A stretch of DNA of 64,000 nucleotides. Origin: Escherichia phage HP3.2. The position numbers and the translations under genes were made by a program. Under the pieces are notes generated by a model. The model was not told the origin of the DNA, did no database searches, and worked only from the letters and a program-made list of their open reading frames with translations. Location of the stretch: sequence record OP978391.1. One strand, 5' to 3'. Of the stretch, positions 59,720 through 64,000 are shown piece after piece (the stretch's first letter is position 1; every line of letters begins with the position of its first letter).

Positions 59720-60628
59720 TTAAGATTTAAGTAAATCGATAATTTTAATTAACTTTTCACGCTCAGATTTAGCTTTACTACTCAGTCCAGATAGTCTGAA
59801 AATTTCATCATCATATTGTTGAATAGAAATATTCAGCTCTTCAATTTGCTTATTAAAATAATCAATTTGCTCAGAATGTTTTTCATTACTACGAACTGGT
59901 ACAGGTTTTGTAGGCAATTTAGTTGAACTGGATTCATCCGGGCGATAAATTAAAATACAACTTGAACCAATAGGGCATTTTGCACCAGATGAATATTCTA
60001 ATGTTCCGGCTTCTTTTAAAACTTCAAAAGCTAAACAGAGATGATGCCCCATATTAACATAATCTGTAGAGTGAGCTCTGATATAATAATCATCGCCACG
60101 AATACTAAATTTAAAGCATTTAAGGTCTTCTGTATTATTGGTCTTAAAAATCATTTGTTTATCTAGACCTTTAGCTAATCGAGCGCCTAATGCTAATAAT
60201 CGTCGTTGATTTTCCCACAAATCTGCGATCATTTGGTCAAATGATAATTTCGGCATTAATCGACCATAAAGGTCATATCCTTTATTATAATTGCGAAGGA
60301 TTTCACTCGCATTAATACGAGACAACGCTCCAATTTTATTAAGGGCTTTCATGATGCGATTAGATAAACCCATTCCAGACCCGTTTGTTCGTTGTAAATG
60401 TTTATCTAATCCAAACCCAATATCAACTTTAAATTTATCTAAAATTTCAGCATGAACATCTCTGTCAATAACATTCAAATCCAAAGTTGGGTTAAATCTA
60501 TGAAAAAATTTATCTGGCTCTCCACGACGAAGTACAGTCCATTCATTCAATTTTTTATTAACTAAAGATTTAATTACTGCATTGACATTATTAATTACTA
60601 CTGACATATTTTCCTCACTCAATTTCAA
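59720..60628 (-). CDS. Tandem paralog D (302 aa) with C-terminal coiled coil
   Basis: Weaker similarity (LWENQRRLLALGARLAKG); same architecture. Confidence 0.55.
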   Translation of the reverse strand: MKLSEENMSVVINNVNAVIKSLVNKKLNEWTVLRRGEPDKFFHRFNPTLDLNVIDRDVHAEILDKFKVDIGFGLDKHLQRTNGSGMGLSNRIMKALNKIGALSRINASEILRNYNKGYDLYGRLMPKLSFDQMIADLWENQRRLLALGARLAKGLDKQMIFKTNNTEDLKCFKFSIRGDDYYIRAHSTDYVNMGHHLCLAFEVLKEAGTLEYSSGAKCPIGSSCILIYRPDESSSTKLPTKPVPVRSNEKHSEQIDYFNKQIEELNISIQQYDDEIFRLSGLSSKAKSEREKLIKIIDLLKS

Positions 60629-61022
60629 TTTTACTAAATATACAGAATAAGATGGAACAGACTATATAAGCACCACACACAGATTGAACTAATACCATTC
60701 CAAAGAACCAAACAATATTATCAAACAATGTCTGTTTTACGTCGAAAGGACGTAAACTTACAGTAATATTATCGCCTTTTTCTATTGATGAATACATCTC
60801 TGGTGAAATATATTCGCTAAATCTATAACCGTCTTTGAGTTCATATACAGCAATAAACGATAAACTAGACCCCTTTCCTTGAGTTCCTGTAAAGGTATTA
60901 ACTACAGTAACATCATAATCTTTATAATGCATATAATCATTAATTGCGTAATAACCATATGCAACTACTACACATAAACAACATATCAATAAATTCAATC
61001 TTTTAATTATCAACTGTTTCAT
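60615..61022 (-). CDS. Membrane protein, 135 aa
   Basis: N- and C-terminal hydrophobic segments. Confidence 0.55.
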   Translation of the reverse strand: MKQLIIKRLNLLICCLCVVVAYGYYAINDYMHYKDYDVTVVNTFTGTQGKGSSLSFIAVYELKDGYRFSEYISPEMYSSIEKGDNITVSLRPFDVKQTLFDNIVWFFGMVLVQSVCGAYIVCSILFCIFSKIEIE

Positions 61023-61077
61023 AATAATCTCAATTAAAAGGGCTTAGAACCATTATACCATCCTTGGTATAAAGCGG

Positions 61078-61605
61078 TTATGCGAGTACCGTCTTTAACC
61101 GTTCTTCAAACTTCCGAAGAGTATTTTGGCGTTCAGCTCTTTGCTTTTTGTAAGTTTCAATACGCTCTGAAATGAGAGTGTATCGTTCATTTACTGATTC
61201 TTTCATAAAATCAGGAATTTCACGAGAAGCTTTAATCTCATCAAATTTATCAATAACAGCTTGCTCTTCAGCAATTAAGTTATCATACATCAAAATATCT
61301 TTCTTGATGAACTCAATATCTTCTTGAGTTACACGAGATAATTTAGATGCTTTATCCTTTTTGTACTGTTCGTTAGTATCACGAGACCAGTGTAATGTAC
61401 GATTTTTATTCGTATTCTTGTAAATTTCTACAATACCAATCTCATCGATAATAACGATCCAATTCCAACGAGATTTGTAAATTTGTCCTCCGTCAACCGT
61501 GATTTCACCTCCGATTGAGATGTCATTAAAGAACTTGCTTTGTGCTTCAGATTTAAATTTACCATCGTTGTAATTTACCAGGTTGAAAATATCTTTAGCG
61601 TTCAT
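61078..61605 (-). CDS. Hypothetical protein, 175 aa
   Basis: Track ORF with its own early promoter. Confidence 0.55.
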   Translation of the reverse strand: MNAKDIFNLVNYNDGKFKSEAQSKFFNDISIGGEITVDGGQIYKSRWNWIVIIDEIGIVEIYKNTNKNRTLHWSRDTNEQYKKDKASKLSRVTQEDIEFIKKDILMYDNLIAEEQAVIDKFDEIKASREIPDFMKESVNERYTLISERIETYKKQRAERQNTLRKFEERLKTVLA

Positions 61606-61633
61606 TTTGTGTTCCTCCGTAGTTGATAGTTGT

Positions 61634-61663
61634 ATAGTACCACAGAGGAACAGTCTTGTAAAC
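61634..61663 (-). promoter_or_regulatory. Early sigma70-like promoter
   Basis: GTTTAC, 18-bp spacer, TACTAT. Confidence 0.55.
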
Positions 61664-61665
61664 CA

Positions 61666-61980
61666 CTAAAAGAAACTTCTTTCACAATTTTTTCCACTGA
61701 ACCATGCGCTTACCGCTTTCTTAGTCTCAGGAGCAGTGTTATCCATAAACCATTCAAAGGCAGCCTTTTTATGATTCTGGAGGGCTTCTCGGGCTTTAAT
61801 CTGCTCACGGTCTATTAACACTAACATATGAGCCTTTCTTGTCACCAAGGGCTTCTTATGATTCTTGGAGTATTCCCAGTCATTTGTCCAACGCATTGTC
61901 GTTGCGAACTGATGAACCGCGTCTTTAATTTTAGTTTCGTAAATTTCACGAGCCTTTGAGTATAACATCACTACCTCCAT
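61666..61980 (-). CDS. Hypothetical protein, 104 aa
   Basis: Track ORF. Confidence 0.5.
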   Translation of the reverse strand: MEVVMLYSKAREIYETKIKDAVHQFATTMRWTNDWEYSKNHKKPLVTRKAHMLVLIDREQIKAREALQNHKKAAFEWFMDNTAPETKKAVSAWFSGKNCERSFF

Positions 61981-62069
61981 TTACCAGTTTAATTCTAATC
62001 ATCTTTTTGATGGCAGTCCATATAATCTATTTCTGAACTGCCTTTTTGTCATAGAAGGCCTCTTATGAA

Positions 62070-63038
62070 TTATTTCAGAAGAGTAACCTCAGCGATTTCT
62101 TCCCAACCGTTTTTGTCGGTCATAATAAAGTCAGCAAGATAAAGTGCAGTACGCAGTGAAACATTGCGTAAACGATTAACATTGACTTTCATCCATGATA
62201 ATGCTTTATAAGTTTCTTCATCAGAAAGACCGCGTTTTTGCATCATGTCAGTTGAAAGAATAACATCTTCAACCCTGACCATAATTTCTTCATTAGTGTG
62301 AACACCCAAATCTAAATAAACCGAGCGGGAAACTAATGCTTGTAAATGTGGAGCAAGTTTAGTACCACGGTCTAATTCGCGGTCAATGTCAACGTTTGTG
62401 ATAAAAACAATCGTTCCTTTAAATTCAAACTCACGCTCAATGCCTTTTTCTTCTAAGTAAGAAGATGCAGTGCTCCAGCAGACTTTGCGGGTCTCTCCGG
62501 TGTCCAGAGCAGCTTTCAGAAGATTAAGAATGTCCATATCAGAGAAAACATCCACATCATCAATCAAAAGTACAGAATTCTCTTCACGATTATTCCAAAG
62601 CTGCTCATAAAGACCAATACCAGAGATTTTACCATTAATGCTTTTATATTCAATGTATCCAATATCATTTGCTTTATTTAAAGCTTTATCTAAAGAATAC
62701 GTTTTACCAATACCCGCCGCACCAGAGATAATTAATGAACGAATGTTTCCGTTAATAATACCATTCGTCATCATTCCCATAACATTAAATCTTTTATTAA
62801 TGCGGGTTTTCATATCTTCATACGATTCTTTAACTTCTTCAACTTTTACACCATCATATGAAATGTCTGATTTGTAAACCCAAACACCGCGACGCTTACC
62901 GTCAATTTCAACAAAAACTTTACCATCTCCTTGTGCATCTACCGGAGCATTATCTGGGAACCATTCACCTAAGAGCTCAAAAGTTCCAGAGATTTCTTTA
63001 CCGAAGTAGATACCCTTATTGATAGTTACAGTTTTCAT
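62070..63038 (-). CDS. P-loop NTPase (AAA-like ATPase)
   Basis: Start MKTVTINKG; Walker A GAAGIGKT and Walker B LLIDDVD. Confidence 0.6.
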   Translation of the reverse strand: MKTVTINKGIYFGKEISGTFELLGEWFPDNAPVDAQGDGKVFVEIDGKRRGVWVYKSDISYDGVKVEEVKESYEDMKTRINKRFNVMGMMTNGIINGNIRSLIISGAAGIGKTYSLDKALNKANDIGYIEYKSINGKISGIGLYEQLWNNREENSVLLIDDVDVFSDMDILNLLKAALDTGETRKVCWSTASSYLEEKGIEREFEFKGTIVFITNVDIDRELDRGTKLAPHLQALVSRSVYLDLGVHTNEEIMVRVEDVILSTDMMQKRGLSDEETYKALSWMKVNVNRLRNVSLRTALYLADFIMTDKNGWEEIAEVTLLK

Positions 63039-63072
63039 TTTATTCTCCAAATCCGTATCAGTTGATAGTTGT

Positions 63073-63102
63073 ATAGTACCATAAAGCTTTATGCTTGTAA
63101 AC
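63073..63102 (-). promoter_or_regulatory. Early sigma70-like promoter upstream of the ATPase gene
   Basis: GTTTAC, 18-bp spacer, TACTAT; repeated cassette. Confidence 0.55.
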
Positions 63103-63133
63103 AATTTTGTGAAAAATTTTTGAAATAAAAAAA

Positions 63134-63151
63134 GGGAGCCCGAAGGCTCCC
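63134..63151 (-). terminator. Intrinsic terminator hairpin GGGAGCC-CGAA-GGCTCCC with U run on the minus strand
   Basis: 7-bp stem followed on the minus strand by TTTTTTTTATTTC. Confidence 0.55.
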
Positions 63152-63153
63152 TA

Positions 63154-64000
63154 TCATTTATAATAACTTCGGTGGTTTTCAAGATAAACCCTCTCAAGGA
63201 AGTCATCCCAAAAACCCATGTCTACTTTTTGCTGCATACCGTTCTTAGAAGCTTCAGTAGATGCTGCTTCTACTTGATCGACCACATCTTCCAAAAACTC
63301 TTGAACCGTTTTAAATGGATGTTTACCCAACTTCACGTCGAGAATAAATGGAGCATCTTGGAGTGGATAAACCAAGTCACCAGTTTTGTAAATTTCCAAT
63401 AGTTGGAGTCCACCACGGCAAGCATGACTCATAGCTTTCCAGTCAATACCTTCATTGGCTTCGGCCTTACGAGCACGTTCACCGTATTCAGCATCTAATT
63501 TGTTCAGTGACTGCTTAAGCTCAATAAGAGAAAGCGTTGTCTGATATTTACGACCCAACACTGTGTAGAACGTCTGTGGGCCTGTTTTCTCATGATTATG
63601 GAACACCCATTCACAGAATTCGTTTTCTGGAAGACGATGCTTAATATCTTCAACTTTAGTACGACGCTGCTTAATAGAACCATCTTCTTGGTAATCAACC
63701 CATTGCTCAGGGATTTGATTAACTACTTTCAATACATCACGTAATGCAGCCAAACGAGAACCCTTAACGCCGTATTTAGAAGCTTGCTTACGGACATATC
63801 CTAAATAGGATTTCATGTTAGTCGTATAAAAACGAGAACGGTTGTCTTGAATAAACTTCCACACATCAGGCAAATCAGATTTAACCACTAGTTCAGGTGG
63901 AGTGTGAAGCATATCTAACGCTACAGTTTCACCATCTGCTGCTAATTTAAAGAAATATTTAAGACTGTATAGTTCATGGTCAATATCATCTTTAGTGTTT
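63154..64000 (-). CDS. Hypothetical protein, partial; frame stays open to the window edge
   Basis: Track ORF 63154..63912 has no in-frame stop upstream to position 64000. Confidence 0.5.
   Translation of the reverse strand, partial: NTKDDIDHELYSLKYFFKLAADGETVALDMLHTPPELVVKSDLPDVWKFIQDNRSRFYTTNMKSYLGYVRKQASKYGVKGSRLAALRDVLKVVNQIPEQWVDYQEDGSIKQRRTKVEDIKHRLPENEFCEWVFHNHEKTGPQTFYTVLGRKYQTTLSLIELKQSLNKLDAEYGERARKAEANEGIDWKAMSHACRGGLQLLEIYKTGDLVYPLQDAPFILDVKLGKHPFKTVQEFLEDVVDQVEAASTEASKNGMQQKVDMGFWDDFLERVYLENHRSYYK

Overview
This window reads as the early/middle gene region of a T-even (T4-like) myovirus, most likely of the T2/T6 type. Identification rests on my recognition of the translated proteins and motifs, not on any database search. 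Gene order on the + strand runs: end of a tail-fibre gene, gene 38 adhesin (frame-disrupted), holin t, then almost entirely minus-strand genes: asiA, arn, motA, 52, ac-like, stp, ndd, denB, rIIB, rIIA, fused 39, motB and a paralog, dexA, dda, srd, modA, modB, soc, 56, dam, 61, spackle, dmd, 41, 40, uvsX, a glucosyltransferase in the beta-gt slot, 42, imm, 43, regA, 62, 44, 45, rpbA, 46, 47, alpha-gt, 55, nrdG, an HNH homing endonuclease, nrdD, 49, nrdC, and a run of uncharacterised ORFs including four tandem paralogs and a P-loop ATPase. Non-coding structure is dominated by about 20 copies of a conserved sigma70-like early promoter (minus-strand GTTTAC, 17-18 bp spacer, TAYTAT-like -10) and about a dozen GC hairpins with CGAA loops (UUCG tetraloop on the minus-strand RNA). 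No rRNA, tRNA or CRISPR array was seen. The most notable observations are the frame-disrupted gene 38, a PD-(D/E)xK-like ORF translationally coupled to dam with a convergent plus-strand membrane ORF, an interrupted ORF next to soc with an embedded terminator hairpin, and the tandem coiled-coil paralog array. I did not find a clearly foreign, self-contained novel system. Coordinates of tracked ORFs come from the supplied track; hairpins, promoters and ORFs under 60 aa were counted by hand and may be off by 1-3 nt.
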